In this document: positions 36,699 to 49,087 of the stretch, one piece after another
Numbering within the stretch: the stretch's first letter is position 1
How the letters are laid out: each line of letters begins with the position of its first letter
NCBI RefSeq assembly: GCF_000142905.1
Contig: NW_013657658.1
Coordinates: 186,001-250,000 of the forward strand
Origin: Thecamonas trahens ATCC 50062
Lineage: Eukaryota; Protista; Apusomonadida
DNA length: 64,000 nt
Direction: 5' to 3'
Position numbers and translations under genes: made by a program
Notes under the pieces: generated by a model
What the model saw: only the letters and a program-made list of their open reading frames with translations
The model's database searches: none
What the model was told of the DNA's origin: nothing

Positions 36699-37775
36699 AT
36701 GAGCAGGAACAGGGGCCCATACGGGAGCAAGGCTTCGTCGGTCATGTTCCTTATTCTCCTTGGCCTCCCTGCGCCTGCCCTCGTAGTTGCTGTCCCGGTC
36801 TTCTACAACCGGTGCGGGAAGGACCTGGTGACCAGTCTGCTGGTGACGGCGGTAATGGCGCTGCTCACGGTGGGGATGGTCATGGTGCTGCTGTTGCGTG
36901 GCTACTGGCGGGCACGGGATGGCGATGAAGAGGCTCGCCAGGTCCATCGCGCTTCTGCCGTCTGTGTGGCCGCCATCGGCCTCGTCCTCTGGGTCGTCGC
37001 CGCTGTTTGGTCCGCTGCTGCTCTCTTCGACTTTACCGACGCCTGCCGTGATCGCGCCCCGGGTCTGTACTGGACAGGCTTGGTGTGGTTCCTCTGGACC
37101 ATTGGCTTCACCGTGGTCATGGGTCTCTTTGGCTGCGCCGCAAAGCTGGCAAACTCGCTCATCCTCCACTCGGCCGCAGTCACTGACGACGCCGCCGACG
37201 ACGACCCGTGGCTCGAGGCCTCGGCCTCGTACCACGGCGCGCCGTCACACCTTGCCATTGTCCCGGGCACCTCCCACTCGCCCATGAAGGTCACCTTTCG
37301 CACAGACGGCGTCATATCCTCCACCGCCACCGCTCATCGCGCCGTCAACAGAGCCGCCGCCACCAGTAGTGCTACCTCCCGCGCCAAGTCCTCGAACGGC
37401 TTGGACGCCCGCCACGGTAGTAGCTCTAGTCCTGGCACTGGCACCAAGTCCCGTGCTGACACTGTCGCCGGCACGAGCTCCCGTTCGCGATCGCCTTCAG
37501 CTGCCTCGCGCTCCTCTGCCTGTGCTTCCGACTCGGACAAGCAAGTCGAGGACTTGCGCGCCTCGCGCGCCATCGACGACGACGATCTTATATCTAATAG
37601 TGTCTCCGACCATCACCGCGGCTCGATCCACTCTGCCGCCTCCTCCTCCTCCTCGCTTGTCTCTTCATCGTGCCGTACCTACTCGCGCCCGCGGCCATTG
37701 GTCTCGCCCACTCCATCCAATCCCTCCCAGCCCCCTCACGTGTCCAAGGCTCGCTCCGCCAATGACCTCAAGTAA
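36699..37775 (+). CDS. Four-TM membrane protein with a Ser-rich tail (TMEM272-like Cys pattern)
   Basis: Four hydrophobic helices, loop cysteines (RCGKDL; ACRDRAPGLYW) and a disordered C-terminus. Confidence 0.65.
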   Translation: MSRNRGPYGSKASSVMFLILLGLPAPALVVAVPVFYNRCGKDLVTSLLVTAVMALLTVGMVMVLLLRGYWRARDGDEEARQVHRASAVCVAAIGLVLWVVAAVWSAAALFDFTDACRDRAPGLYWTGLVWFLWTIGFTVVMGLFGCAAKLANSLILHSAAVTDDAADDDPWLEASASYHGAPSHLAIVPGTSHSPMKVTFRTDGVISSTATAHRAVNRAAATSSATSRAKSSNGLDARHGSSSSPGTGTKSRADTVAGTSSRSRSPSAASRSSACASDSDKQVEDLRASRAIDDDDLISNSVSDHHRGSIHSAASSSSSLVSSSCRTYSRPRPLVSPTPSNPSQPPHVSKARSANDLK

Positions 37776-38030
37776 GCCATCAGTAGTCCCCAACCCCTCA
37801 TCTTCCCATTACCCCGCAAGTACCACTTGGCGACCACCAGGCTCTGCCAACAAGGTGGAGCCAGGTCATCGTCTGGTACCAACCAAAAAAAAAACAATAA
37901 TGGTGATGGACAGCAACGTGTTTCCACCCATGCTCACCCCCTTTCCCCTCCCCGGTCGGCCACTACCTCCACTTGCTGCACTGTCCACCCTCACTCAAGG
38001 CCACCCACTTTCCTCCACCTTTCCGCCACA

Positions 38031-41000
38031 ATGGTACAACCACTTTCCCCCTCTCCTCCCCCCTTCCCCCCTTTGTCCTCCCCCCCCCCCCCCCCCCCCC
38101 AACCACAGGAGACGTCATGGCGCGACAAAGTGCAACAGCAGGGCGTGGAGGACCTGACGCTCCTGTCCAAGATCAACGAAGGAGCCATTGTGGACAACTT
38201 GCGCAAGCGGTACATGAACGACCAAATCTTCACCTACTGCGGCAACGTGTGCGTCTCGGTCAATCCGTTCACACCGGTGGCGTGCTGTGACACCAAGCTC
38301 ATTGTGGAGTATCAGGGCAAGAACCGGCTGGAAATGCCGCCGAACATCTTCTCGCTGGCTGACGACACGTACTCGACCATGCTTAACGAAGCCCAGGACC
38401 AGTGCGTCATCATCTCGGGCGAGTCGGGTGCTGGCAAGACTGAGGCTGCCAAGCTGATCATGAAGTACATTGCCGAGGTCTCGGGCTCATCGTCGGGCGT
38501 GGAGCGGGTTAAGAACATCATTCTCGAGTCGAACCCGCTGCTGGAGGCGTTTGGTAACGCCAAAACCGTCCGCAACAACAACTCGTCGCGGTTCGGCAAG
38601 TACTTTGAGATCCAGTTCAACATGATGGGCGATCCCGACGGCGGGCGGATTACCAACTACCTGCTGGAAAAGTCGCGGGTGACGTTCCAGAACGAGGGCG
38701 AGCGCAACTTTCACGTCTTCTACCAGGTCCTTGCCGGCGCGACGCAGGAGGAGCGGGACTACTACTCGTTCTGGTCGCCTGAGAACTACAACATTCTCTC
38801 GGCGTCGGGCTGCTACACCGTCGATGGCATGAACGACGTCCAGGAGTACCGCGACATGCGGCATGCCATGGACGTCATCGGCATCGACCACTCGACGCAG
38901 CAGGCCATCCTGCAGATCATCTCGGCCATTCTGCACATGGGCAACCTCTCGTTCTACGAGGAAGGCAACTCGGCCAAGTTCGCCGACCCGCAGTCGGTCG
39001 CGCTCGCGGCGCAGATGCTCGAGGTCGATCCGACGTTTTTCGAGACCAAGCTGACGACGCGGGTGATGCAGACCGGGTTTGGCGGCCGCGGTTCAGTGTA
39101 CAACGTGCCGCTCAACGCCGACCAGGCGACGTACGCCCGCAACGCGCTCTCGCAGCAGCTCTACTCGCGCCTCTTCGACTACCTTGTGCAGGCCGTCAAC
39201 GCCGCCATGGTCAAGGAGCAGGACTCGCTGGTCATCGGTGTTCTCGACATCTACGGCTTTGAGATCTTCCGCAAGAACGGCTTTGAGCAGTTTTGCATCA
39301 ACTACGTCAACGAGAAGCTCCAGCAGATTTTTATCGAGCTGACTCTCAAGCGCGAGCAGGAGGAGTACGACTTTGAAGGCATCCAGTGGACGCCCATCTC
39401 GTACTTTAACAACAAGGTGGTGTGCGACCTCATCGAGGGCCGCCGCCCGCCGGGCATCTTTGTCATCCTTGACGACATTTGCGCCACCATCCACGGCCAG
39501 TCGGACGGCGTCGACGACAAGTTTGTGCAGAAGCTCGACGGCCTCGTCTCGTCGCATGAGCACTACGTCTCGCGCTATCCGGCCTTCCTCATCCGTCACT
39601 ACGCTGGCGACGTGACGTACCACCCGGATGGCTTCACCGACCGCAACAAGGACGCCATCTCCAAGGAGCTGTTGGAGATTGTCAAGTCGTCCGGCAACGG
39701 CTTCATCCCGACCCTCTTCCCTGAGCCCATCCCGGACCCGTCCGAGCGTAAGAAGAAGACCAAGACAGCCGGTAAGCGCATTGTCGCTTCGGCCGGCGAG
39801 CTCGTTGAGAAGCTCATGTCGTGTACTCCGCACTACATTCGGTGCATCAAGCCGAACGAGACCAAGAAGCCGCGTGACTTTGACAAGGAGCGCGTCCTTC
39901 ATCAGGTCCGCTACCTTGGCCTCCTGGAGAACGTCCGCATTCGCCGCGCAGGCTTTGCCTACCGCCAGACCTTTGACCGCTTCCTCTACCGCTTTGCCAT
40001 CCTCTCCGAGCGGACCTGGCCGGCGTGGTCCGGCGACGACCGGACCGGCTGCGAAGCCATCCTCACCGACGCCCGCGTCGACCGCAACGAGTGGCAGCTC
40101 GGCCGGACCAAGGCCTTTATTCGCTCGCCCGAGACTCTGTTTGCGCTGGAGGAGCAGCGCGACCGCAAGTTCTACGATTGCGCCATTGTCATCCAGCGCG
40201 CCTACCGCCGCTTCAAGTCGCTCAAGTACTTTTCGGACCTCCGCCAGTCGCAGATCCAGCTGTATTCGGCCCAGAAGGAGCGCCGCCGCAACTCGATCGA
40301 GCGCGAGTTCCTCGGCGACTACCTCGGCTACAACGACAACCCGCTGCTGCAGCAGGTGGTCAAGGCCAATGGGTCCAAGGACGAGCGCATGATCTTCTGC
40401 GACCACTGCGACAAGTTTGACCGCCGCTTCAAGGTCGAGAAGCGCGACATTATCGTCACCGATGCCGCCCTCTACATCCTCGCCATTTTGCAGATCAAGA
40501 AGGGCCCGCGCAAGGGCGAGTGGGTCTACGCCCTCAAGCGCCGCATCCCGCTCAACCAGATCCAGGCCGTTGTCATGTCCAAGCTCGCCGACAACTTTGT
40601 CGCCATTCTCCAGACAGGCTCGCACGGTAACCTCATCCAGCTCAACAAGAAGACCGAGTTCCTCTGCTCGCTCAATCTCAAGATGCAGGACGCCGGGCTT
40701 CGCCTCAATGTCCAGTTCAACAACGTCATTTCCTACCCGCTCAAGGACGGCAAGGGCTCGCGCTCGGCTGTCTTTGACAACGCTGCTACCGGGCCGGCCG
40801 TCTCGTTCAAAAAGTCCGGCAAGAAGCTGGTTGTCCACGTCCCGCGCGGCGAGGACCCGTCGTCTGGCCCACAGCCGTCGTACGTCGCCCCCGACCCGTC
40901 GCAGCGGCGCCAATACGGCGACGGCTCCGGCTCGTTCCGCCCCGGCGCTGGTCGCGCCACCGTTGATCCGCGCAAGGCCTTCCAGGAGCGCAACCGCGGC

Positions 41001-41514
41001 GGCGGCGGCGGAGGCGCCGGTCCTAGCGGTGCCGCGCCGAGTCGTGGCGGTGGTCCGTGGTGGCGGTCGTGGCGGTTGCCCGTGGCGGTGGCCGTGGCGT
41101 GGGCGGTGGTGACCCGCCGGTGGCATCGCTACGGCGATTCTGCGCGTGGCCGCCCGTGTGGCGGGAGCCGTGGCGGCGGGAGCCGTGGCGGCGGGAGCCG
41201 TGGCGGCGGACGCCGGTGGCGGTCGTGGCGGCGGACGCGGTGGCGGTCGTGGACGCGGTGGTGGCCGTGGCGGCGGACGCGGCCGCGGTGGCGGCCGTGG
41301 CGGTGGTCGCGCACCTGCAGCGCCGGCACCGGCCAAGAAGCAGGTCAGGGCGCTGTATGCGTATGCAGCACAGGACGCTGACGAGCTCTCATTCAACGAA
41401 GGCGACATCATCGACATCATCGACGACTCGGAGGCCGGCGGGTGGTGGCGCGGGTCGAACCGCGGCGCGCAGGGCCTGTTCCCGTCCAACTACGTCGAGC
41501 CGTACCGCGGGTAG
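38031..41514 (+). CDS. MYO1: Long-tailed class I myosin (motor, IQ, TH1, Gly/Arg-rich TH2, SH3); ATG-only first coding exon, intron 38034-38108; corrupted GGR repeat at 41050-41200
   Basis: [47 protein letters not shown] motif [10 protein letters not shown]1, and SH3 [18 protein letters not shown]...GWW...GLFPSNYVE. Confidence 0.95.
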
Positions 41515-41636
41515 CAACCCCGCCCCCTCCCCTCTTCAGCTGACTCTGTGAAGCTCTCAATGAACAATAGGCAATGGAGGAAATGAAGGAAAGCAAAGAG
41601 TATGATGTGTTTCACTTGAAAGGGCGAGCACAAGGA

Positions 41637-43894
41637 TTAGGCGTCACGGGCGCCCATCTGCGGCGGCTTGGGGCCACCGGCCTGGCGGCTCATGACGACC
41701 TCGTCGACCGAGACAATGGTGGTGGCGACGTCGACGGAGAGCTTGAGAGCCCAGAGCTTGTTGACGGCAAGGTCGACGACACCGTTCGCGACCGGGTCCA
41801 TGACCTCCTCCGAGTCGAGGTCGACACCGGCGACCTTGCCGGCCTTCTGGGCCGAGTAGAGCGAGGCGACGCGCCGGTGGCGTCGTGGCCCGAGTTCTCG
41901 GCAAGCGAGCGCGGGATGGCCTCGAGAGCCTCGGCAAAGCGACGGATGGCATACTGCTCGACGCCCGGGTGCGAGTCGGCGTACTCAGCAATGCGGGCGG
42001 CAAGGCCGATCTCAAAGGCGCCGGCGCCCGGGACAAAGCGCGGGTCCTTGGTCATCGACTTGACGGCGTTGACACCATCGTCGACGGCACGCGAGACGTC
42101 GTCGAGCAGGTTCATGGTCGAGCCGCGGATGAGGATGGTCGAGATGGCCGAGTCCTCCGTCGCAAACACCGTGACGTAGGTAGAGCCCACCTCCTCGACG
42201 TGGATGTCGGCGCAGAAGCCGAGGTCGTCCGGGGTGGGGACGCCGAGGTTGACCAGCGGGCGGGCGCCGACGGCCTTGCACAGCCGGCGGAGCTGGAACT
42301 TGGACAGGACCTTGACCACAAGCAGGTTGTACTTGTCGAGGAAGTGGAGCGCAATGTCCGAGACCTTGCCGCCGGTGAGGACGACGTTGGCACCAGAATC
42401 GGCGATGCCCTTGATCGTCCGCTCCATCTGCGCCTCCTCGGCCTTGGAGAAGCCGAGCAGCTCGTCGGCGTTGTGCATGAGGACCGTACCCTTGGTCTCG
42501 GTCGTCTGCGCCGCAATGGCCTGCGCAAAGACCGCAACCCGCGCGTTCTGCACGCTCTGCACCGTCGACTCCGGCCGCCGGCCCACAACCATGCCGCGGA
42601 CCACCGCAGTGTCGAGCGTCGAGCCGCCCACCATCTTGGCCACGCGGATGGTGTCCACGTTGAACTGCGCCGGGTCCTCAGGCATCGCCGCCGCGCACGC
42701 CTCGGCAATCACGCCAGCAAAGTGCTCCTCGTACCCGTACTGCTTGGCAGCAATGACAGGAAGAATCGCAGCCTTGATCGAGTCCGCCGAGTGGAGGTCC
42801 ACCGGGAAGTCGACCACAAGCTCCGGAATGAGCTCCAGCGCCTTGGCCAGCGCCATGTTGAACCCGAGCACCACGTCGACCGTGTGCACGCCCATCTTCA
42901 GCAGCAGCTCGGCCTTGGCCAGCAGCTCGCCCGCAAACACAATGACGTAGTTGGTCCCGTCACCGCACTCGGCCTCCTGCATGAACATTGCCTGCATGAT
43001 CATCTTGGCCGCAGGGTGCTGCACATCAATCTCCTGCAGAATCGACGACGTGTCCGACGTCACAAACAGCTTGCCCAGATGGTTGACAACCATCTTGTTC
43101 ATTCCTATTCCCAGCATCATCCACACCAAACCACACCATCCAACCATCCACACCATCATGAGTGAGTGCCCCGTCCCTCCCTCCCTCCCTCCCCCCCCCT
43201 CCCCCACCACTCCGGTCACCCCGCCACCGCCGCCACCACCCAGGTCGCCCCCAGCCCAAGCCCGCGCCCGACCCACCACCGCCCCCCCCCCTACCTCCTC
43301 CTCCTCATCTCCTTCCACTCCCCGGTGTGACCCTTGCCCCTCCCCTTCATCTTCTCCGTCCCTCCCCTCACCCCACCCCCTTCCCCCGCCCTTCCCCGTC
43401 CCCGTAGGGGCCGGGAAGGGGGGGGGGGTGTTGGCCAAGGCCTTAGAATCTGCGAATATTCGCACACTTACCCGTGGGACCAAACGAGGTGCGGGTCATG
43501 AGCGAGAGGCCCTTGCACGCCTACACTCGGCCATCCTTCCTGTGAGTCTCTGTCTTACTCTCATTGCTTCCTCTCGCATGGCCATACTCCTCCCTCTGTC
43601 GTAGCTCATACAGCCTCCCATACCCCCCCTTTCCCCCGCCCCGCCGCCACCTAGGTGGCTCCCCGCCAAAGCAGAGGGATCGACCCAAGAGCGCGAAAAT
43701 CAAGGCCGAGGCCATGGGAGAGGGTACCGGGAGGGGGCTAGGGATGACGCAGGGAGGGAGGGAGGGGAAAGTGAGGGGGGGAGAGGGGGAGTACGTACCT
43801 CGATGTTGCGGTAGACTGCCTCCTCAAGCCCCGAAAGGTGGCGGGAGCCCGGCTTGAGCAGGTCCTGAAGCTGTTGCGCGTTCCAGTTGGCCAT
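41637..43894 (-). CDS. CCT8: Chaperonin CCT theta; exons 43894-43799, 43520-43472, 43104-41637; frameshift near 41871
   Basis: SGLEEAVYRNIE|ACKGLSLMTRTSFGPTG|MNKMVVNHLGKLFVTSD, GDGTNYV, TETKGTVL, and a C-terminal SRQAGGPKPP. Confidence 0.95.
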
Positions 43895-43939
43895 TGTTGA
43901 ACAGAGCGCGAGGTGTGGTGCCGTCCATTCCCGTCTGCG

Positions 43940-44030
43940 ACCGACCGACGACCCGACCGACTCGCCCACCAACTCGACCAACCCGACCAACCCGACCAAC
44001 CCGACCGACTCGACCGACTCGACCGACCGA
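43940..44030. repeat. CCGA/CCGACCAA-type simple repeat upstream of CCT8
   Basis: Seen directly. Confidence 0.8.
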
Positions 44031-44705
44031 TACGGGGAGGGGAGAGGGGGNNNNNNNNNNNNNNNNNNNNNNNNNNNNNNNNNNNNNNNNNNNNNNNNNN
44101 NNNNNNNNNNNNNNNNNNNNNNNNNNNNNNNNNNNNNNNNNNNNNNNNNNNNNNNNNNNNNNNNNNNNNNNNNNNNNNNNNNNNNNNNNNNNNNNNNNNN
44201 NNNNNNNNNNNNNNNNNNNNNNNNNNNNNNNNNNNNNNNNNNNNNNNNNNNNNNNNNNNNNNNNNNNNNNNNNNNNNNNNNNNNNNNNNNNNNNNNNNNN
44301 NNNNNNNNNNNNNNNNNNNNNNNNNNNNNNNNNNNNNNNNNNNNNNNNNNNNNNNNNNNNNNNNNNNNNNNNNNNNNNNNNNNNNNNNNNNNNNNNNNNN
44401 NNNNNNNNNNNNNNNNNNNNNNNNNNNNNNNNNNNNNNNNNNNNNNNNNNNNNNNNNNNNNNNNNNNNNNNNNNNNNNNNNNNNNNNNNNNNNNNNNNNN
44501 NNNNNNNNNNNNNNNNNNNNNNNNNNNNNNNNNNNNNNNNNNNNNNNNNNNNNNNNNNCCGAACGGTACTCGGAAACCCCCCCCTCCTCCTTCCCCTCCC
44601 TACCCCCCCCCTCCCCCCCGTCCCTCCCCCCTCCAGTTTCAAGGGGATCGTGCTCAAAGAACCCCCCCCTCACCCCCCCTCACCCTCTCACCCATCGTTA
44701 CATAG

Positions 44706-46352
44706 CGCGCCGAAGAGGCAAAGGCTAAGGCAGAGGCCAAGGCTGCCCAGGCTGCGGCCGAGGCCGCCAAGCGCAAGTTCAAGGTGGCGGATCCCGAGTC
44801 GATGGACTACTTTGACTACAAGCAGGAGATGATGCGGCAGTACGTGGAGGACGGGAACCAGTCGCACCCGCACAAGTTCCAGGTCACCCACTCGACGGAG
44901 GAGCTCCGCGAGCAGTACGGGTCCGAGGAGGTTGTGCCGACCGGCACTGTGATCGACGACGTCGTCTCGATTGCCGGGCGGGTGTACAACAAGCGCGAGG
45001 CCGGCTCCAAGATGATCTTCTACGACGTGCTCAACAACGGGGTCAAGATCCAGGTCCTTGCCCGCAAGAACGAGGCCGACGAGTCCGAGCTTGAGTTCGA
45101 GGACGCGCATGCCATCATCAACCGCGGCGACGTTGTCGGCTTTACCGGCAAGGTCGGCCGGTCGAAGAAGGGCGAGCTCTCGGTCTTCCCGTCCAAGACC
45201 GTCCTCCTCACGCCGTGCTACCGCATCCTCCCGCGCGAGCTCACCTCGTCGGAGACGCGGTACCGCCAGCGGTACCTCGACCTGCTGGTCAACTACAACA
45301 AGGTCGCACCCATTCTCCAGAAGCGGGCGGCCATTGTGCAGTACATCCGCAAGTTCCTTGACGAGCGCAAGTTCCTCGAGGTCGAGACGCCGATGATGAA
45401 CATGATTGCCGGCGGCGCAACGGCGCGTCCGTTTGTCACCCACCACAACGACCTCGACATCGACATGTTCATGCGCATTGCGCCCGAGCTCTACCTCAAG
45501 ATGCTCGTGGTCGGCGGCCTCGACCGTGTGTACGAGATCGGGCGCCAGTTCCGCAACGAGGGCATGGACCAGACCCACAACCCCGAGTTTACCACCTGCG
45601 AGTTCTACATGGCCTACGCCGACTACAACGACCTCATCGAGATGACTGAGGAGATGATCTCCGGCATGGTCCTCGCCGTCACCGGCTCGTACGTCGTCGA
45701 GTACAAGCCCATGCACGCCGAGGAGCCGTACACCATCGACTTTACCCCGCCGTTCAAGCGCATCCCCATGGTTGCCGGCCTCGAGGAGGTTCTCGGCGAG
45801 TCCATCCCGCGCCCGCTCGACTCGGACGAGGCCATCGCCTTCTACCGCGCCCAGGCCGACAAGCACGGCATCGAGCTCACCCCGCCGTACACCGCCGCCC
45901 GCCTCATCGACTCGCTCGTCGGCGAGCTGCTCGAGGGCAAGTGCGTCAACCCGACGTTCATCACCAACCACCCGGTCCTCATGTCGCCGCTCGCCAAGTG
46001 GGACCGCACCAACTCGGAGCTCACCGAGCGCTTCGAGCTCTTCGTCGCCACCAAGGAAGTGTGCAACGCCTACACCGAGCTCAACGACCCGTTCGTCCAG
46101 CGCGAGCGCTTTGCCGACCAGGCTAAGGACAAGGATGCTGGCGACGACGAGGCCCAGCTCATCGACGAGAACTTCTGCACCGCCCTCGAGTACGGCCTCC
46201 CGCCCACCGCCGGTTGGGGCCTCGGCGTCGACCGCATGTGCATGCTTCTCCTCAACCAGAACACCATCAAGCAGGTCCTCGCCTTCCCAGCCATGAAGCC
46301 CATTGATGAGTCCGGTCCTTCGGCCCCCGCCGACGACGCCGATGGCCAGTAA
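44706..46352 (+). CDS. KARS1: Lysyl-tRNA synthetase (class II); 5' exon(s) probably in the gap
   Basis: CATAG acceptor at 44705, HPHKF, OB fold, [48 protein letters not shown]. Confidence 0.95.
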   Translation, partial: RAEEAKAKAEAKAAQAAAEAAKRKFKVADPESMDYFDYKQEMMRQYVEDGNQSHPHKFQVTHSTEELREQYGSEEVVPTGTVIDDVVSIAGRVYNKREAGSKMIFYDVLNNGVKIQVLARKNEADESELEFEDAHAIINRGDVVGFTGKVGRSKKGELSVFPSKTVLLTPCYRILPRELTSSETRYRQRYLDLLVNYNKVAPILQKRAAIVQYIRKFLDERKFLEVETPMMNMIAGGATARPFVTHHNDLDIDMFMRIAPELYLKMLVVGGLDRVYEIGRQFRNEGMDQTHNPEFTTCEFYMAYADYNDLIEMTEEMISGMVLAVTGSYVVEYKPMHAEEPYTIDFTPPFKRIPMVAGLEEVLGESIPRPLDSDEAIAFYRAQADKHGIELTPPYTAARLIDSLVGELLEGKCVNPTFITNHPVLMSPLAKWDRTNSELTERFELFVATKEVCNAYTELNDPFVQRERFADQAKDKDAGDDEAQLIDENFCTALEYGLPPTAGWGLGVDRMCMLLLNQNTIKQVLAFPAMKPIDESGPSAPADDADGQ

Positions 46353-46399
46353 CTCTGGTTGCCGCTGCCATGCCTGTGTGTGTGTTCAATCAACATAAA

Positions 46400-47059
46400 C
46401 TACTCTCCATCTCCCGTCTCCTCGTCGTCCTCAGCCCCGCTGTCCTCCACCACCAGCACCGAGCACAGCCGCTCGTACCGAGCCCGCGCCTCGGGATTAT
46501 CTGCCAAAGCAGCCTCCATCTCTTCCTCGCTCCGGATGAGGCCGGAAGGGAGGCTCGCCACGGCCACCACACCTCCATCGTCGTCGTTGGCGTCGCCCTC
46601 GTCGCCTCCGTCGTTGCCACCGGCCTCCATCGGCCCGGCCTGCATCCCAGCCATCATGCTCATCATCGCCATCATGCTAGCCATCGCCTCTTCGTCCACC
46701 TCGACCGGATTGTCGCGGATGCCCTGGGTGAGCCCGGCAACAACAACCGCCACATCGCTCGCATCGACTGGGGCCAGCCGGATGTCCCCACTGCTCCACC
46801 CGTCCGGCACCATGACCCCGTCTGCAGCATCATCGACTTGGATGACCACATATCGCTCAGCAACATCATCGGTCGAAGCCGCATGCAGTACAATCGCCGT
46901 GTACGGAACCACAACCACAGCCTCGGAGCCGACCATTGCCCTCATCGCCGCCCCGCCGGTCTCCACCACACACCGCACCGCGGCCTCCCGTCCACCGGCA
47001 GCATACGCCCATGCCTCTACCATCTTCTCCCCGCCGCCACTGCCATTGCTAGCATTCAT
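46400..47059 (-). CDS. CLNS1A: Methylosome subunit pICln (Voldacs/Lot5 family); 5' end uncertain
   Basis: VPYTAIVLHAAS.D...YVVIQV, DIRLAP.D.SDV....LT.....NP, and an acidic C-terminus. Confidence 0.65.
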   Translation of the reverse strand: MNASNGSGGGEKMVEAWAYAAGGREAAVRCVVETGGAAMRAMVGSEAVVVVPYTAIVLHAASTDDVAERYVVIQVDDAADGVMVPDGWSSGDIRLAPVDASDVAVVVAGLTQGIRDNPVEVDEEAMASMMAMMSMMAGMQAGPMEAGGNDGGDEGDANDDDGGVVAVASLPSGLIRSEEEMEAALADNPEARARYERLCSVLVVEDSGAEDDEETGDGE

Positions 47060-47543
47060 GTGCACTTGTTGCAGAGAGTGAAGAAGAGTAAGTGTGAGTG
47101 TGAGTGAGTAAGGTCTACTCCACCTTGTCCCCGTCCCCATCCTGTGCCCGTTCCCGTCCCCCCCCTCTTCCCCCCTTCCCGCCCCCTCCAGCCCCCTCCG
47201 TCCCCTTTCCCCCGTTCACTCCGCTCAGCTGATCGCAGCCTCCCCTCACCCGCCTTCCCCGCCCGAACATCCTACGATGCAGTCTCGATTGTTGCAACCC
47301 ACTCCCTCCCTCCACCCGCCCCCCCTCCCGATCACCCCACTCCCCGACCCCTTCCCCGCCCCCCCCTCCCCGCCCCCCCCCCCCCCCCGCCCCCCCCCCC
47401 CCGCCCCTTCCTCCTCCGTCGGCCGGGCAACGAGCGACGGTTGGCAAATGGTGGGCCGGTTGCCGGCGGCAGTGACGCGTCCAGACAAAGGAGCGAGTCT
47501 GAAGCAGAAGCAGAGACTGACACCCCTCCATCGTCAGACGAAC

Positions 47544-48993
47544 ATGTTCACCTCTGTGCTCCGGACCCCGCTCTCGTACGCCAAGGCCACCGCTGCCGTG
47601 GCTGCGCCGTCGCCGCTCGCCCAGGCTGCTGATGTCGGTGCCCTCATCTCGGCTGCCGAGTCCAAGGCGCCGCGTTTTTTGGCTGCTGCCGCCACCGAGG
47701 CTGTTAAGGAGGGTCCCATGGGCAAGATTGTCCCCTTCTCGGCCAAGTACTTTGTCGCCTGCTCCATTGGTACGTTCTCATACATCCCCTCCTGCTTCCC
47801 CCTCCCCGCTTCTTCTTCCCTATCATCCCCCCCCCTCCCCCCCCCCCCCCCCGCCCACCCGCAAAGGGATGGATGTCCGCCCAAAATTCCCGCACACTGC
47901 CCACCAAGCCATACACCACACACACCACACCGCCCATCACTCATCACTCACACACGCGCACACACTCTCTTCCTGATCACCCCCTACCCCTACCCCCTCC
48001 AATCCCCTTGCTGGATGATGGACTCGTCGGATCCGTGCTCTGTCTCGTCTGGCTGGTCTGGTCTGGTCTGGTCTGGTGTGACCCTTACTTTGTTGGGCAC
48101 GGCTTACCCTTCATTGCGACTACACAGGCGGCATCCTTTCGTGCGGTCTCACCCACACGGCCATCACGCCGCTTGACCTTGTCAAGTGCAACATGCAGGC
48201 CAACCCGGAGAAGTACACCGGTATCGTTCAGGGCTTCCGCGTGTTCCTGAAGGAGAAGGCCTCGCTCTCGCGTGGCTGGGCACCGACGCTGCTCGGCTAC
48301 TCGGCCCAGGGTCTGCACAAGTTCGGCCTCTACGAGCTGTTCAAGCACTACTACGGCCAGGCCATCGGTGAGGAGAACGCGTCCCAGTACAAGTCGCTCC
48401 TCTACTGCGCTGCCTCCGGTTCGGCCGAGTTCTTCGCCGACATTGCGCTCTGCCCGTTCGAGGCCGTCAAGGTCCGCGTCCAGACCGACCCGACCTTTGC
48501 CAACGGCCTCATGGACGGCATGCCCAAGATTGTCCAGGCCGAGGGCATCAACGGCCTCTTCAAGGGTCTCGTCCCGCTCTGGGCCCGCCAGATCCCGTAC
48601 ACCATCATCAAGTTCGTCGCCTTTGAGAAGGTTGTCTCGCTCATCTACGCCGCCCTCCCTGGCGAGAAGGCCGACTACTCGTACAACGAGCAGCTGGGCA
48701 TCACCTTCCTGGCCGGTTACATCGCTGGTGTCTTCTGCGCCATCGTCTCGCACCCTGCCGACACCATGGTCTCCAAGCTCAACAAGGTCGCCTCGGCTGA
48801 GGGCGAGGGCATGGGCGCTGCCATGTCGAAGATCTACGCCGACATCGGCTTTGCCGGCCTCTGGCGTGGCCTCGTTGCTCGTGTCTTCATGATCGGTACC
48901 CTCACTGGCCTCCAGTGGTGGATCTACGACTCGTTCAAGGTCTTCGTCGGCCTCCCGACCACCGGCTCGGTCGAGAAGAAGAAGGAGAACTAA
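47544..48993 (+). CDS. SLC25A3: Mitochondrial phosphate carrier; exon 1 47544-47769, intron 47770-48127
   Basis: FSAKYFVACSIG|GILSCGLTHTAITPLDLVKC, GWAPTLLGYSAQG..KFGLYE, PLWARQIPYT..KF, MIGTLTGLQWWIYD. Confidence 0.95.
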
Positions 48994-49087
48994 CTTTGCT
49001 GCCGCATGCAGCTCAGGTAAACGGATTTTCGTACCATCATCAGCGGCGAGCTATGGTCGTGTTTTGCTGCACATGCCCAGCTACCTA

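Noticed and set aside
41050-41200. Frame change in the myosin I tail as programmed recoding or an SH3-less isoform
   Set aside because: It lies in a garbled GGC/GGT/CGT repeat with several apparent indels, including extra bases, so low-quality sequence is the simpler explanation.
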